From NCBI GenBank assembly GCA_964473825.1, contig CAYYQL010000035.1, forward strand, positions 1-26,266: DNA of 26,266 bases, in the 5' to 3' direction. A program made the translations under genes and the position numbers. Shown in pieces: positions 25,837 through 26,266 of the stretch. The notes beneath the pieces were generated by a model. It was not told where the DNA came from, did no database searches, and saw only the letters and a list, made by a program, of their open reading frames with translations. How positions within the stretch are numbered: the first letter of the stretch is position 1; every line of letters starts with the position of its first letter. This stretch comes from an uncultured archaeon. GTDB lineage: Archaea; Asgardarchaeota; Thorarchaeia; Thorarchaeales; Thorarchaeaceae.

Positions 25837-26265
25837 TCAACTGCCATGGACTCCGTCAGAGTCATCATGGATCTGTCCCTCAAGGGCTCGCATCTTGGTC
25901 TCCAAGGCATCTGCAGTGATCATCTCTCCCCGCTTTCGTAGCTTCTCCAGGAGTCCTCTCATCTCCTCAAGGTCTCTTCTGACCTCGTTTCGTTTCTCGA
26001 TATCAAGATGAACACGACAATACACCATGAGGAGGAGTCCTCTCGCAAGAGCCTGAAGGACAATGATGTCGGTCGGGTCCTCCTCCCTGAGTAGTGCAAT
26101 CCCCTCCTCCACGAGATGAAGCCCCTCCGCCAGTTGTTCCCTCTGAGTTCGGAACTGAGCGTAGTGGACCAGCGTCTCGGCCAGATACGTCAGTGTCTCG
26201 GGAGCCTCTAAGACCTCCTCTCGATAGGCTGCGATGGTCTCCTCGTACTCCCTCGCAAGTGCGTC
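25837..26265 (-). CDS. Alpha-helical TPR-like protein (5'-partial, enters from the right edge)
   Basis: The frame is open from the window edge (DALAREYEETIAAYREEVLEAPETLTYLAETLVHYAQFRTQREQLAEGLHLVEEGIALLRE...) to TGA at 25837; TPR-like helical periodicity. Confidence 0.6.
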   Translation of the reverse strand, partial: DALAREYEETIAAYREEVLEAPETLTYLAETLVHYAQFRTQREQLAEGLHLVEEGIALLREEDPTDIIVLQALARGLLLMVYCRVHLDIEKRNEVRRDLEEMRGLLEKLRKRGEMITADALETKMRALEGQIHDDSDGVHGS

Positions 26266-26266
26266 A

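Overview
Archaeal chromosomal window, about 50% GC and densely coding. The gene set (archaeal LeuRS, TFBs, Cgi121, PSTK, a 9/4 tRNA-Sec, hut genes) fits an Asgard archaeon such as Thorarchaeota; this taxonomy is inference. From left to right it contains: a partial CBS-domain protein with a C-terminal HPF/RaiA-like domain (Hib-type ribosome hibernation factor, absent from the ORF track); membrane and Zn-ribbon hypotheticals; leuS; a SAM-MTase-like gene, a catalytically degenerate M14/aspartoacylase-family gene and a Cys-rich gene; an ICMT/MddA-like methyltransferase; two tandem TFB paralogs; PSTK with a complete tRNA-Sec(UCA) gene 400 bp away (also absent from the ORF track); convergent hutH and hutI; a PRTase; a tRNA-modification trio (Cgi121, THUMP, TsaC/YrdC); a nucleotidyltransferase and CDP-alcohol phosphatidyltransferase pair; and an FG-GAP beta-propeller. 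The right end holds a stand-alone primase-large-subunit Fe-S-like protein, a SAMHD1-like HD phosphohydrolase, a divergent shortened PCNA-like protein and a partial TPR-like protein. No CRISPR array, rRNA or transposase was seen.
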